Source: Syntrophorhabdaceae bacterium (lineage in GTDB: Bacteria; Desulfobacterota; Syntrophorhabdia; Syntrophorhabdales; Syntrophorhabdaceae). Taken from it: DNA of 64,000 nucleotides. Positions within the stretch are counted from its first letter, which is position 1. Each line of letters begins with the position of its first letter. The notes beneath the pieces were generated by a model that was given only the letters and a program-made list of their open reading frames with translations, searched no databases and was not told the origin of the DNA. The position numbers and the translations under genes are program-made. This document shows positions 10,202 to 23,866 of the stretch, piece after piece. Where the stretch lies: the NCBI GenBank assembly GCA_963665295.1, contig OY762209.1, positions 4,768,001-4,832,000 on the forward strand, given 5' to 3'.

Positions 10202-11115
10202 TGTTTTTCTATCCTCATTTTTGGCCTGTTTACCGAGAATTTCCCCTCAGAAACGCTATACGCGATGGAGTCGCCATCCATCTCGACCTTGTCCTTGGTC
10301 ACCTTCGGGGACCCGGTCATCAAGACCTTGTCATCCTTAAAATGATATACTGACTTGTCACTTTTCGCAATAGTCCCTTTTGAAGCGAGGGTTACCCTTC
10401 CGATTGCATCGACCCGTTCCATTTCATTGTCCTTACTGTGGACATACAGCTTGTCGCAGTGCAGGTCCATATCCTTACCTTTCATGGCAACCCGGCCTTC
10501 CAGGATATAGATATTTTCCTTCAGGTGATACGAGAACCTGTCGGACTCGAAATTGTAACGCCCCTTGCCGCTCTCTATGAAACCGGTCACATTCTTGTCT
10601 ATGTTTATCGTCTGGGCATTTGTGTTGGCCGTGAGCCCAATGCCGTTCAGGCTCAGCTTGGCCCCCTCGATGACTACCGGCGCGTCGGTATGGGTATACC
10701 CCTTCTTGAAATCAAAGTCCATGTATTTCGTCTTCAGACTGTACTCGTCTTTATAGACGATATGCACATCGGTCATGCTACCTCTTTCCTGATCCGTGTC
10801 CATTCTCCCCTTTGAACCGGTGAAAAGGACGGTGGCATCCGGCTTCGGCTTGTACTGCCCTTCGATAGCCTCCATCTCGACTTCCGGCTTATCGATAAAT
10901 TTGCGCGCAATTTTTGCCTTGATCTGCCATTCCACCTCGCCTTTCTTCTCCCCGGAGTAATGAACGTCCTTGAAGACGATGGCCTTTGTCCCTTCGTCCA
11001 CCTTCGGGGTGGCCACTCTCTGCGGTTTCTTGGCAAAAAAGTAGAGGGCAAGTGCGAAGCTCACGATGATAACGCCTATGGCGATATATACAGTCAGGTC
11101 CCTTTTATTTTTCAT
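10198..11115 (-). CDS. LptC-LptA fusion (LPS export periplasmic bridge)
   Basis: N-terminal TM helix plus an LptC-like beta-jellyroll (W.IKA..A, TDAPVVI, GIGL.AN), followed by an LptA/OstA-like domain (LEGRVAM, LHCDKL, MTGSPKV, GDSI.Y). Lies between kdsD and lptB. Confidence 0.8.
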   Translation of the reverse strand: MKNKRDLTVYIAIGVIIVSFALALYFFAKKPQRVATPKVDEGTKAIVFKDVHYSGEKKGEVEWQIKAKIARKFIDKPEVEMEAIEGQYKPKPDATVLFTGSKGRMDTDQERGSMTDVHIVYKDEYSLKTKYMDFDFKKGYTHTDAPVVIEGAKLSLNGIGLTANTNAQTINIDKNVTGFIESGKGRYNFESDRFSYHLKENIYILEGRVAMKGKDMDLHCDKLYVHSKDNEMERVDAIGRVTLASKGTIAKSDKSVYHFKDDKVLMTGSPKVTKDKVEMDGDSIAYSVSEGKFSVNRPKMRIEKQ

Positions 11116-11195
11116 CTGTCCCCGTGTGGCGGATCTTCCGGTCTACCGGCCGCAACGCGTACCGGCTGCCTGTGAATCGTCAGCCCCAATTCCCC

Positions 11196-12160
11196 CTACA
11201 CTATCTTCGCCCTCAAAAGGTCGTGGATGTGGATAATCCCTATAGGCAGCCTGTCCCCTTCCCGCTCGACCACGAAAAGGGATGTAATGGAGAACTCCTC
11301 CATCTTCTTGAGGGCATACGCGGCAAGGGAATCCTTTCTTATCCCTTTCGGGTTGCCGGTCATTACATCTCCGGCCTTTTTGACGAGAAGGTTTTCATGT
11401 TTCTCTATGGCCCTCCTCAGGTCGCCGTCGGTAACGACCCCTACCAGCTCGCCGGCGGTGTTCAGGACTCCTGCCACACCAAGCCTCTTCGAGGTGATCT
11501 CGAGGATCACTTCTTTCATGAGACTCTCCTCGCCGACTTTCGGTATGGCTTCCCCGGTATGCATAAGGTCCTCCACCTTGAGGAGTAGTTTTCTGCCTAA
11601 CGAGCCACCCGGGTGAAGGGATGCAAAATCCTCGGGCTTGAATTCTCTTTTTTCCATCAATGCGACGGCCATGGCGTCTCCAAGGGCCAGCGCCGCGGTG
11701 GTGCTCGAGGTGGGCACCAGATTGTAAGGACACGCTTCGTCCACTTTCACGTTGAGGACCACGTCCCCATGGGCCGCTATAGTGGAATTGACGCCCCCTG
11801 TTACCACTATGGTGGCAAGGTCCATCCTCTTGATCCACGGGAGAATCTTGACTACCTCTTCCGTCTCACCGCTGTTGCTCACAATGAGGAGCACATCCCC
11901 TTTCTGCAACATGCCGAGGTCCCCGTGAAGGGAATCTCCCGGGTGGAGAAAGAGCGCGGGTGTGCCCACGCTTGAAAGGGTCGATGCGATCTTCTTACAG
12001 ATGAGCCCGGATTTTCCCACACCCAGAACTACGACCCGTCCGTTGCAGCCATGTATTATATCGATTGCCCTGTCGAAAGTCTCGTCGAGTCTCTCCATAA
12101 CGTGGAGGATCGCTTCCGCTTCCTTCCTCAGCACTTCCTTGCCGGTCTTGAGGAGGGTGC

Positions 12161-12164
<4 letters not shown>
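11196..12164 (-). CDS. kdsD: Arabinose-5-phosphate isomerase (KpsF/GutQ; SIS + CBS)
   Basis: GVGKSG, HGDLGM, SNSGET, EACPYNLVPTSSTT and HPGGSLG motifs, plus a CBS pair. Confidence 0.95.
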
Positions 12165-15806
<3,642 letters not shown>

Positions 15807-15837
15807 GACACCGTAATCATGGGAATGTCGGCGGGTT

Positions 15838-17127
15838 TCATGAGTTGCCTTCTTCTATCCTTATGTGTACGCTCTCCCCCTTCACAAAGGATAGTGTGTC
15901 AATTTCGGCCTTGGCCTTTTTCAGGCTCTTTTCGATTGCTTCGTGGGTAACGATCACAAGGGGCACGTGACCGATCTCCTTTCTTCCCTTCTGGATCACC
16001 GACGAGAGGCTTATATTGTAATTCGCCAGTATTCCTGCTATTTTGGAGAGCACACCAGGCCTGTCTTCAACAGTGAACCTCATATAATAAGGGAAAGACG
16101 ATTCCTCGCTTGTCCGCATACGCCTGTCACCTTGAGAGAGGGGCAACACCACCCTCGGGGCCTTTGCCTTGAGTCTCGACGCCATGTCCACGATATCACT
16201 TACCACTGCACTCCCCGTGGGGTCACTGCCCGCGCCTCGTCCGTAGTACAGGGTCGGACCCACCTTGTCGCCTACCACGTAGGTCGCATTGAAAACGCCG
16301 TTCACGTTGCTCATGGGATGGGCTACCGGTATCATGGCAGGTTCCACCCTCGCGTCGATCAACCCGTTTTCTTCCTTTCCCACTCCGAGAAGCTTTATCC
16401 TGTAACCGAACTCGCGGGCAAACTCGATGTCTATGGGCTCTATCTTCGATATGCCTCTCGTGGCGATATCGCTCATCTCCACGGGATAATGAAATGCAAG
16501 GCGGAGCAGGATGCACAGCTTGTGCGCCGCGTCTATGCCTTCGATATCGAGGGTCGGGTCCTTTTCCGCGAAGCCCAGCCGCTGCGCCTCGGCGAGTGCC
16601 GTACCGAAGGATATACCCTCTTCCGTCATTTTCGTGAGGATGTAATTGCAGGTGCCGTTAAGGATGCCGAGGATATAGTTGATCCTGTTTCCCACCAGGC
16701 CGTCCCGTATGGCCCGGATTACCGGGATGCCTCCACACACGGAGGCTTCAAAGCCTATCTCGCTCCCCTCTTCTTCGACAAGGCGGAATATCTCGTCCCC
16801 CCGCTCCGCAAGAAGGGCCTTGTTTGCGGTAACGACCCATTTCTTTCTCTTCAGCGCCTCTGAGATATAATCGAAGGCACGGTCCACGCCTCCCACAAGT
16901 TCGACCACGATGTCCACACGGTCATCCTCGATCAACTCCTGCACATTGCGGGTGAGAAGGCCTTTTTCCAGGGGTACGCCCCTGTCTGTCTCAATGTCTA
17001 TGTCCGCAATCCTCACGACCTCAAGGTCCGCGCCCGTTCTCTGTTTTATGAGGGACTTGTACTCCCTGAGGATTTTGTACGTACCAATACCGACGGTTCC
17101 TAAGCCTATGATTCCTATTCCGGTCAT
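15838..17127 (-). CDS. hom: Homoserine dehydrogenase with C-terminal ACT domain
   Basis: [38 protein letters not shown] motifs; ACT domain DRPGVL. Confidence 0.95.
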   Translation of the reverse strand: MTGIGIIGLGTVGIGTYKILREYKSLIKQRTGADLEVVRIADIDIETDRGVPLEKGLLTRNVQELIEDDRVDIVVELVGGVDRAFDYISEALKRKKWVVTANKALLAERGDEIFRLVEEEGSEIGFEASVCGGIPVIRAIRDGLVGNRINYILGILNGTCNYILTKMTEEGISFGTALAEAQRLGFAEKDPTLDIEGIDAAHKLCILLRLAFHYPVEMSDIATRGISKIEPIDIEFAREFGYRIKLLGVGKEENGLIDARVEPAMIPVAHPMSNVNGVFNATYVVGDKVGPTLYYGRGAGSDPTGSAVVSDIVDMASRLKAKAPRVVLPLSQGDRRMRTSEESSFPYYMRFTVEDRPGVLSKIAGILANYNISLSSVIQKGRKEIGHVPLVIVTHEAIEKSLKKAKAEIDTLSFVKGESVHIRIEEGNS

Positions 17128-18308
17128 TTTTTATCTGCTGAGTATAGAAGATTCCTTATACCTTTTACAGCTTGTTTGATCCTGTGTTCATTCTCTATGA
17201 GGGCAAACCGTACATATCCCTCGCCGTATTCTCCAAAACCGATGCCCGGGGATGTGGCAACCTTCGCCTCCTGAAGCAGGAGTTTCGAGAATTCGATGGA
17301 TCCCATCGACTCGAAGGCCTCAGGTATCTTTCCCCACACGAACATGGTCGCCTTTGGTTTCTCCACTTCCCATCCGTAACGGTAGAGCCCTTCGCAGAGC
17401 GCATCTCTCCTGCCCCTGTACTTCTCCACTATCTCGGCCACATCCGAATCGCACTCGTTCAACGCAATGATCGATGCGATCTGGATAGGTTGGAATACAC
17501 CGTAATCAAAGTAGCTCTTGATCCGGCTCAAGGCGTTTATCATCTTTGCATTACCTACCGCGAACCCTACTCTCCATCCCGGCATACTGTAGCTCTTCGA
17601 GAGGGAGAAAAATTCAACGCCCACGTCCTTTGCCCCTTCAACCTCGAGGAAGCTCGGCGCACGGTAACCGTCGAATACGAGGTCTGCGTAGGCAAGGTCG
17701 TGAACCACCATCAGATCGTGCTCCTTCGCAAAGGCAACGATCTTCTTGAAAAACTCCAGATCCACAACTTCCGTGGTAGGGTTGTTGGGGAAACTGATTA
17801 TGAGCATCCTTGGCTGGGGCCACGTGGTCTTTATGGCCACGTTCAGCCTGTCGAAAAACTCTTCTTTCGGCAGAAGCGGTATGGTCCGGAGGTCTCCTCC
17901 GGCGATCACCACCGAATAGGTGTGTATCGGGTATGCCGGTCCAGGGACAAAGACTACCTCTCCCTGGCTGATGGTGGCGAGCACGAGGTGGCCGATACCT
18001 TCCTTTGCCCCCATGGTGACCACAATTTCCGTTTCAGGGTCGACATCCACGTTGAATTTTCTCTTGTACCAGGCCGCGATGGCGGTCCTCAGCTTCTGAA
18101 TACCCTTGGTCACCGAGTACCTGTGGTTCTTCGGGTTCCTCGCCGCTTCCACGAGCTTGGAAACAATGCGCTTCGGCGTGGCAAGATCGGGGTTTCCCAT
18201 GCCGAGGTCGATAATGTCCTCGCCCCTCTTCCGCGCCTCGATAAGAAGGTCTCTCACTATGGCGAACGTGTAGGGCGGGAGTCTCGATATCCTGTAGAAA
18301 TCGTCCAT
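17124..18308 (-). CDS. PLP-dependent class I/II aminotransferase (AlaC-like)
   Basis: [21 protein letters not shown] and [14 protein letters not shown] motifs. Confidence 0.85.
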   Translation of the reverse strand: MDDFYRISRLPPYTFAIVRDLLIEARKRGEDIIDLGMGNPDLATPKRIVSKLVEAARNPKNHRYSVTKGIQKLRTAIAAWYKRKFNVDVDPETEIVVTMGAKEGIGHLVLATISQGEVVFVPGPAYPIHTYSVVIAGGDLRTIPLLPKEEFFDRLNVAIKTTWPQPRMLIISFPNNPTTEVVDLEFFKKIVAFAKEHDLMVVHDLAYADLVFDGYRAPSFLEVEGAKDVGVEFFSLSKSYSMPGWRVGFAVGNAKMINALSRIKSYFDYGVFQPIQIASIIALNECDSDVAEIVEKYRGRRDALCEGLYRYGWEVEKPKATMFVWGKIPEAFESMGSIEFSKLLLQEAKVATSPGIGFGEYGEGYVRFALIENEHRIKQAVKGIRNLLYSADKK

Positions 18309-18409
18309 TTAGGTCAAAAATACCATATAACCGGATGAACAATCAATACCAAAAGAAAACGCAGGTTTATCCGGACCCTTGTGGCTGTTGGGAAGAACCG
18401 GCAGGATGG

Positions 18410-18892
18410 TTACAGCTTATATCCGAACCTGCGCAGAAGGTCTTTTCGTGCTTCCTTGTCCTCGTCCTTTTCGATGCCTTTCGGGCGGGCGCCGTCGATC
18501 ACCCCCAGAATGCCGTTTCCGTCCTCACCAACGGCGAGAATCACCTCGAGGGGGTTTGCGGTCGCACAGACTATGTGACACACTTCCTGGCACGCCTTAA
18601 GGGCATTAAGCACGTTGATAGGGAAGCCGTCCTTGAGGTAAATGACGAAGGTATGCCCCGCGGAAAGGGCTAAAGAAGTCTCCGAGGCAAGTTTCGTGAG
18701 GGCTTCGTCGTTGCCCTCGTACCTTATCAGGCAGGGTCCGCTCGCTTCCGAAAAAGCGACGCCGAACTTGAGCTGAGGGGAAGCGCCTACAAGGATCTCA
18801 TACATGTCTTCCACGGTCTTTACAAAATGGGATTGTCCCACGATAATATTCAGCCCTTCCGGAACATCGATCTTTACTGTCTTTATCTCCAT
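18410..18892 (-). CDS. Adenosine-specific kinase family (DUF355)
   Basis: GQSHFVKTVED, FSEASG, AGH.F, CATANP and GVIDG motifs. AGGAGG lies 9 nt before the ATG at 18892. Confidence 0.85.
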   Translation of the reverse strand: MEIKTVKIDVPEGLNIIVGQSHFVKTVEDMYEILVGASPQLKFGVAFSEASGPCLIRYEGNDEALTKLASETSLALSAGHTFVIYLKDGFPINVLNALKACQEVCHIVCATANPLEVILAVGEDGNGILGVIDGARPKGIEKDEDKEARKDLLRRFGYKL

Positions 18893-18977
18893 TTTCTCCA
18901 TCCTCCTCAGTCGGATTCCCACGGGTACCTGCCCGTGGAGGGGTTTTCACAAGTCTCTGCGGCAAAATTCGCTTTCC

Positions 18978-19907
18978 TCAGCCTTTTGTGCCGGTCTTCT
19001 TCTCGAATGGCCTGTCCTTCCCGAAATCGGGCACAAAGAGGGACGCACTCTCCAGTTCCTGAACGAACACGTTCAGGAACCCATATGTGTTGAGGAGGTC
19101 GATAAGCACATTATACTCCTCCTCCGTGATTCTACGGTCCAGCATGGGGTACGTGGATGCGTTATAGAGGGGACAGTACTGGGCCATGAGGCTCATGAAG
19201 GTCTGGGGGCCGAGATTGTCCCTGATCCACGTCACCACTTCCCTGGAGCCTGCGAGGTTATTGGGGAGTACAAGGTGGCGGACAAGGAGTCCGCGCCGGG
19301 CAATCCCGTTTTCGATCACCAGGTCTCCTACCTGGGCCTTCATCTCGAGGATGGCCTTCTTTGCCCACACCGGGTACTCGTGGGCGTCCGAAAGAAGCCT
19401 CCCCATTCTATGGCTCGCGTATTTGAAATCAGGGACGTAGATATCGATCAGGCCGTTCAGAAGTCTGAGGGCTTCCACATTCTCATAGGCATTCGTGTTG
19501 TAGAGAAAGGGAAGGCCGAGGCCCTCTTTTCGCGCCGCCTTGATGGCCGATGCGATAAAGGGCATGTAGGGGGTGGGGCTCACCAGATTTATGTTGTGAA
19601 CACCCTGCTCTTTGAGTACGAAGAATATTTTCACCAAACCGGCGACATCGTGCCGCCCGCCCTCCAGTTGATGACTGATCTGGTAGTTCTGGCAGTAGAT
19701 GCACTTCAAGTTGCAGGAAGCGAAAAAGATATTGCCCGATCCCTTCTCTCCCGAAACAGGCGGCTCTTCGCCGAAGTGCGGGCCGTAATGGGCGATAACG
19801 ACCTCATTCGTCACATTACAATAGCCTTTGCGTCCCCTTGACCTGTTCGCCTTGCACCGCCTCGGGCACAACTCGCATTTCCTGAGATGGGAATTGAGAT
19901 CATCCAT
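18978..19907 (-). CDS. Radical SAM protein (PflX-like)
   Basis: N-terminal CELCPRRC, HFGEEPP, CNLKCIYCQN (CxxxCxxC), NINLVSPT and RHLVLP motifs. Confidence 0.85.
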   Translation of the reverse strand: MDDLNSHLRKCELCPRRCKANRSRGRKGYCNVTNEVVIAHYGPHFGEEPPVSGEKGSGNIFFASCNLKCIYCQNYQISHQLEGGRHDVAGLVKIFFVLKEQGVHNINLVSPTPYMPFIASAIKAARKEGLGLPFLYNTNAYENVEALRLLNGLIDIYVPDFKYASHRMGRLLSDAHEYPVWAKKAILEMKAQVGDLVIENGIARRGLLVRHLVLPNNLAGSREVVTWIRDNLGPQTFMSLMAQYCPLYNASTYPMLDRRITEEEYNVLIDLLNTYGFLNVFVQELESASLFVPDFGKDRPFEKKTGTKG

Positions 19908-20161
19908 AACGATATTATATCAGAAAAAAGCCCGCAAAATAAAGTCCGGCAGGCCTTCGTGACAGAGCCCCCGCCAGGGACGCGCATCCAGTGGCAGACC
20001 GGACATCCACGGGCCGAACCTGTTCTCATTCTACGCAGCGTATCTCCTGACATGGGGCCCTCCGGAAAGAAACAAATAGACGGACCGGCCCGGAAGAAGG
20101 GACCGCAAGTCCGTGGAGGACGGAAAACATGACCGTCCATCCCCTGCAAAGGGGATAACCG

Positions 20162-20332
20162 ATGAAGATAAGGGAATTGCCCGGAGCCTTCACAGGCCAG
20201 GCACTGATAATCACGGTGAGCGGATGCACCGGTACGGGGTCGGCGAGGGCAAGGCCGGGACTCGTGGAGGCAGAGGTATTCGTTGAGGCGGGGGAAGGGA
20301 CTATTGCCGAAAGGATCAAAATCCGGCCATAG
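20162..20332 (+). CDS. Small hypothetical ORF (56 aa), possibly a relic
   Basis: AGGGGA RBS, then MKIRELPGAFTGQALIITVSGCTGTG...VEAEVFVEAGEGTIAERIKIRP*. Below the ORF-track length cut-off. Confidence 0.3.
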   Translation: MKIRELPGAFTGQALIITVSGCTGTGSARARPGLVEAEVFVEAGEGTIAERIKIRP

Positions 20333-20360
20333 CCCTTTCCCCCGCCCTGCTATCTCCCAT

Positions 20361-21089
20361 CTACTTAAAGAGCGTCACCACGCCGTCATCGAGATCATAC
20401 CTGGCAGCCACAATCCTCACCTTCTTTTCTTCCACCAGGTGCCTGAGGACCGCGGATTTCTTTGTAAGGCTTGCGGCCACCGCCTTTGTGTTGGCATCGA
20501 CCACACATTCCACGAACTCGTCCTTCTTTGCTTCAGCGCATTTAGCCTCACCCTTGCAGGGTCCGCAATCATGGGCGGCCGACTTTATGCTGGGCGCAAT
20601 GATTTTCACGATGGCATCGATATTTGCGCTACCCGTGCTTCTTCCTTTTGCGTCTACGGCAGCCTTGACGGCTCCGCAACGTTCGTGACCAAGTACCATT
20701 ACCAGGGGCGTCCCCAGGTGCTCCGCGGCATACTCAATGCTCCCGAGCACCACGGGATCAGGCACATTTCCCGCCACACGGACCACAAAAACCTCGCCCA
20801 GACCCTTGTCAAATATGATTTCCGGCGGAACGCGGGAGTCGGAACAGGTGAGGATTACCGCGTATGGCCTCTGTGATCTTGCAAGGGAGGCCCGTGTTGC
20901 AGGGTCACTCCTCAACCCATTCGTGAGCTTGTTTTCCACATATCGCTTGTTACCGTCCATCAGCTTCCCAAGCGCCTCGTCCGGCGACATGCCTGCAATC
21001 GTGCCTGAACTCGCAAAAGCGAGTCCGGCGGCAAGCGCCACAAATCCCCATGTTGCCGCCACACGCTTCACCGCGTTTCTTCTCCACAT
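20361..21089 (-). CDS. Exported beta-class carbonic anhydrase
   Basis: CSDSRV, VRVAGN, SIEYA and GHERCGAV Zn-ligand motifs. GGAGG RBS before the ATG at 21089; signal-peptide-like N-terminus. Confidence 0.92.
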   Translation of the reverse strand: MWRRNAVKRVAATWGFVALAAGLAFASSGTIAGMSPDEALGKLMDGNKRYVENKLTNGLRSDPATRASLARSQRPYAVILTCSDSRVPPEIIFDKGLGEVFVVRVAGNVPDPVVLGSIEYAAEHLGTPLVMVLGHERCGAVKAAVDAKGRSTGSANIDAIVKIIAPSIKSAAHDCGPCKGEAKCAEAKKDEFVECVVDANTKAVAASLTKKSAVLRHLVEEKKVRIVAARYDLDDGVVTLFK

Positions 21090-21476
21090 ATAATCCACCT
21101 CCATTTGGGATACGGTATCTCCTGCAGAAACCGCAGATACCGGTAATTCGTCTCGATCAAGGGGCATATGTGAATTCCGTCCATCCTCGTGCCCCGATAC
21201 TTGCCACTCCTCTCCCCCGCGCAATTCACCTATACGGCAGTCACGCCGCTCCTGTCAACAGAAAGTTGTTGCCGCGACGTAAGCCATGCCTTTGTAATGG
21301 AGTTTTATAAAGATTCAATGTCCCGAGGAAAGGAGGCGTTCCCGGGTTACAGGGCCGCCCTGGTAACAAAAATGGTTTTGAAACCCGGGTAGATCACACG
21401 ATCGCCCACAGACCCTCCGGCCGGGAGGTAAAGGCCCGGCCTGTCGGCATACCGCGTAGATCACAGCGGGTAGCGA

Positions 21477-22148
21477 TCACTTCCCGCCTTCTTTGGAGAA
21501 CCTGTACTTTTTAAGGCTGAGCCCGGGCAGATATTCCTGGGTAGCGTCCCTGAAGCGGTCCTTGTCCCAGATGAACACGTCGGTCTTCCTCTTCACGATC
21601 GTACCTTCCTTCGGGTCATCCAGGTCCATGTCCGTTTCCAAGGACCTGCGAACGATATCGAGCCACCCGTCCTTATTCAGGTCTTCAACCCAGGCCTGGA
21701 TATTCATCTCGTAGCCTCCATCGCTCCACCAATCGGCAAGTCTCAGCGGCTGTTGCCACGTGCCCCGCCCGGTATCGAATACCCAGAGGTCTATGGCATC
21801 GCTGGCATACATGCCCGGAACCCTAAGCAGGAAACACTTCCAACGGGAGTCTTGAGAAAACTTGTGGACGGCGAAGACTTCGCCGGGCATCTCGGCGTTC
21901 TTCAGGTCTCCGTATGCAGAAGCAAAGAAGTCGTATGCGGAAACGGGAAGGCGAACACCCTCGAAGCCGGTATGTTCACGAACACTATAGACATGGAAAG
22001 GGAATTCGCTGATCTCCTTCGATTCCCGCGAGAGAAGCTCAAAGGCCTCCTTACCCGAGAAGCTGTAAACCGAAAAGGGAAGGACGCAGAAAACTACGAT
22101 CACCGCCATTCCCGTGATCCGTCGAATAACTAACTCAGTCCCGGTCAT
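21477..22148 (-). CDS. Hypothetical exported protein
   Basis: 223 aa with a hydrophobic N-terminus and a DLNKDGWLD Ca-binding-like motif. ATGA overlap with the upstream gene. Confidence 0.65.
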   Translation of the reverse strand: MTGTELVIRRITGMAVIVVFCVLPFSVYSFSGKEAFELLSRESKEISEFPFHVYSVREHTGFEGVRLPVSAYDFFASAYGDLKNAEMPGEVFAVHKFSQDSRWKCFLLRVPGMYASDAIDLWVFDTGRGTWQQPLRLADWWSDGGYEMNIQAWVEDLNKDGWLDIVRRSLETDMDLDDPKEGTIVKRKTDVFIWDKDRFRDATQEYLPGLSLKKYRFSKEGGK

Positions 22149-22591
22149 TGTCTCTCCTGTTTCTTTACGATGGTTCCATAGATAGTCGATTCGTAAACCA
22201 GCATCCCTTTCTGGTTCTCGATGCCGACTTCAAACTTGGCTATCTTCCGTCTGCCCTGCCATTTCTTGATCAATACGTTCATCTGGTCCTTTGGATAGAG
22301 AAGACCCCTCAGCTTGATATGCTCGATCATACCCACTGGAATATCGTCAAAATCGGGGTACAGAAGGCGGATCAGAAGCCTGATTCCCTGATTTATCAGT
22401 TTCCCCACCGCATAGTCCGGATACACGGGATAGTCCGGTATATGACTTCTGAAATCAATATCATTTTTTGCCAGTAATTTGAAGATCTTAAGGTCATTCG
22501 GATAAAGAGCGTCGTAAACCGCCCTGTCGATGACGACGTATTTCTCCTGTAGTCCAAGCAGTGTCCCGATTCGCTCCCTGTCGAGGTTCAT
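22145..22591 (-). CDS. Divergent FabZ/FabA-like hotdog-fold protein
   Basis: VIDR...FRSHIPDYPVYP...INQ...YPKD aligns with FabZ LVDR...GHFP..PIMP...EA.AQ...PGD. Confidence 0.6.
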   Translation of the reverse strand: MNLDRERIGTLLGLQEKYVVIDRAVYDALYPNDLKIFKLLAKNDIDFRSHIPDYPVYPDYAVGKLINQGIRLLIRLLYPDFDDIPVGMIEHIKLRGLLYPKDQMNVLIKKWQGRRKIAKFEVGIENQKGMLVYESTIYGTIVKKQERQ

Positions 22592-22761
22592 AAGGTCACA
22601 GTCTAATTATAGCAGCCCCCGGGCAAATTTGCCGGCCCCTTCAGCCTCGGTCCCATAATTCTTCCTTTTCCCCGGGCGAGGCAAAAAGGACCGGAACCGA
22701 AAGGCTCCGCGTTTCAGTGATCATTCTTCCTGCGGAAAATGAGCCTTCGCGGATTGCAGCT

Positions 22762-23136
22762 TCACGACAGATCGCGTGTCCCGTCAATCTCCCTTATGCA
22801 ACTCACGATCCCCCTGGTGTATAACCTTCCCACGCTTTCAAAGAGGATGTACTTCGTGGTGAGGAGGGGAATCTGCAACTCCTCCGCGAGTTTGATGGTT
22901 TCGGGAAAAGGACGCTTTCCCCGGACTATGATGACCGCCGCTATATCGAGAACGTCAGCAGTGCGGATAACCTGAGAGTTTGCCAGTCCTGTCAGCAACA
23001 GACTTCCGGGTTTGCAGAAGACCAGAACATCGCTGAGCAGGTCGGCGCAGCCCCCTTCTGTTATCTCCAGGCCAAGTCGATCATGGCCGACAATAACCTC
23101 AGCGTCAAGTATTTCCTGGACCTCCCGCAGCGTCAT
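22762..23136 (-). CDS. DRTGG-domain protein
   Basis: DLLSDVL, LLLTGL.N.QVIRTA, IIVRGK.P and IPLLTT motifs. Confidence 0.8.
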   Translation of the reverse strand: MTLREVQEILDAEVIVGHDRLGLEITEGGCADLLSDVLVFCKPGSLLLTGLANSQVIRTADVLDIAAVIIVRGKRPFPETIKLAEELQIPLLTTKYILFESVGRLYTRGIVSCIREIDGTRDLS

Positions 23137-23435
23137 CTGCGGCTCTTTTCCCTCATGTGAATATGATATGTTAGGAACAGGCTATAATCAACGCTTAAAT
23201 TTCAATAACGCGATAGTTTTCTGTGCACCGGCCAATCCGGAAAATGGCTGATGAATGAGGGTGAACCCGATCCTGACTCCCCCGGAAGCGGAGATACAAC
23301 GCGCCTGCCGGGTAATGAGGCGACAGAAATCGCGGTGCCCGCTGACGACATCCTGCGCCGGGAACACGAGGCAACGCATACACAGATCGCGTCACATTCA
23401 CTATACGTAATCGGTTCGGATTGTCGTTGATTTTT

Positions 23436-23510
23436 TGGAGGCGGCATCCGGATTTGAACCGGAGAATAACGGTTTTGCAGACCGCTGCCTTACCACTTGG
23501 CTATGCCGCC
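23436..23510 (-). tRNA. tRNA-Cys(GCA)
   Basis: GGCGGCATAGCCAAGTGGTAAGGCAGCGGTCTGCAAAACCGTTATTCTCCGGTTCAAATCCGGATGCCGCCTCCA: cloverleaf, GCA anticodon, encoded CCA. Confidence 0.97.
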
Positions 23511-23601
23511 GCTCACTGATTTATTCAGCAAATAGTGCACAGTGAATAGCGTGAGGCCTTCTGCTATCCACCTAGCCTCTATTCGCGGTCAACTGCTTTT
23601 A

Positions 23602-23676
<75 letters not shown>

Positions 23677-23686
23677 ATGGTGTCTT

Positions 23687-23716
23687 TTTATAATACAAAA
23701 CAGAGTGCCATGTCAA
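23687..23716 (-). promoter_or_regulatory. Putative sigma70 promoter of the tRNA-Gly/Cys operon
   Basis: TTGACA (23716-23711), 18-bp spacer, TATAAA (23692-23687), 10 bp before tRNA-Gly. Confidence 0.6.
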
Positions 23717-23794
23717 ACCTTTCTTGCATTCCCGCGGTGAGAAAATTCATTTACCCTGGAATACCCTCATCGAGGCGGTCGGTCCGGGCGCACC

Positions 23795-23831
23795 AAATCA
23801 AAGGGCCTCCCTTTCGGGAGGCCCTGTTTTT
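23795..23831. terminator. Intrinsic terminator downstream of dctM (possibly bidirectional)
   Basis: Perfect 10-bp stem AGGGCCTCCC/GGGAGGCCCT (23802-23825) with a GAAA loop on the minus strand and T-rich flanks. Confidence 0.8.
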
Positions 23832-23866
23832 CGGTTATGCGTGACGCCCTGGCGGGCAGATTGGCC

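Noticed and set aside
23248..23290. CTGATGA hammerhead-like core
   Set aside because: No compatible stems or properly placed GAAA.
19908..23510. Possible genomic island integrated at the tRNA-Cys 3' end
   Set aside because: No integrase or transposase, and I found no duplicated tRNA 3' end (att repeat) by eye.
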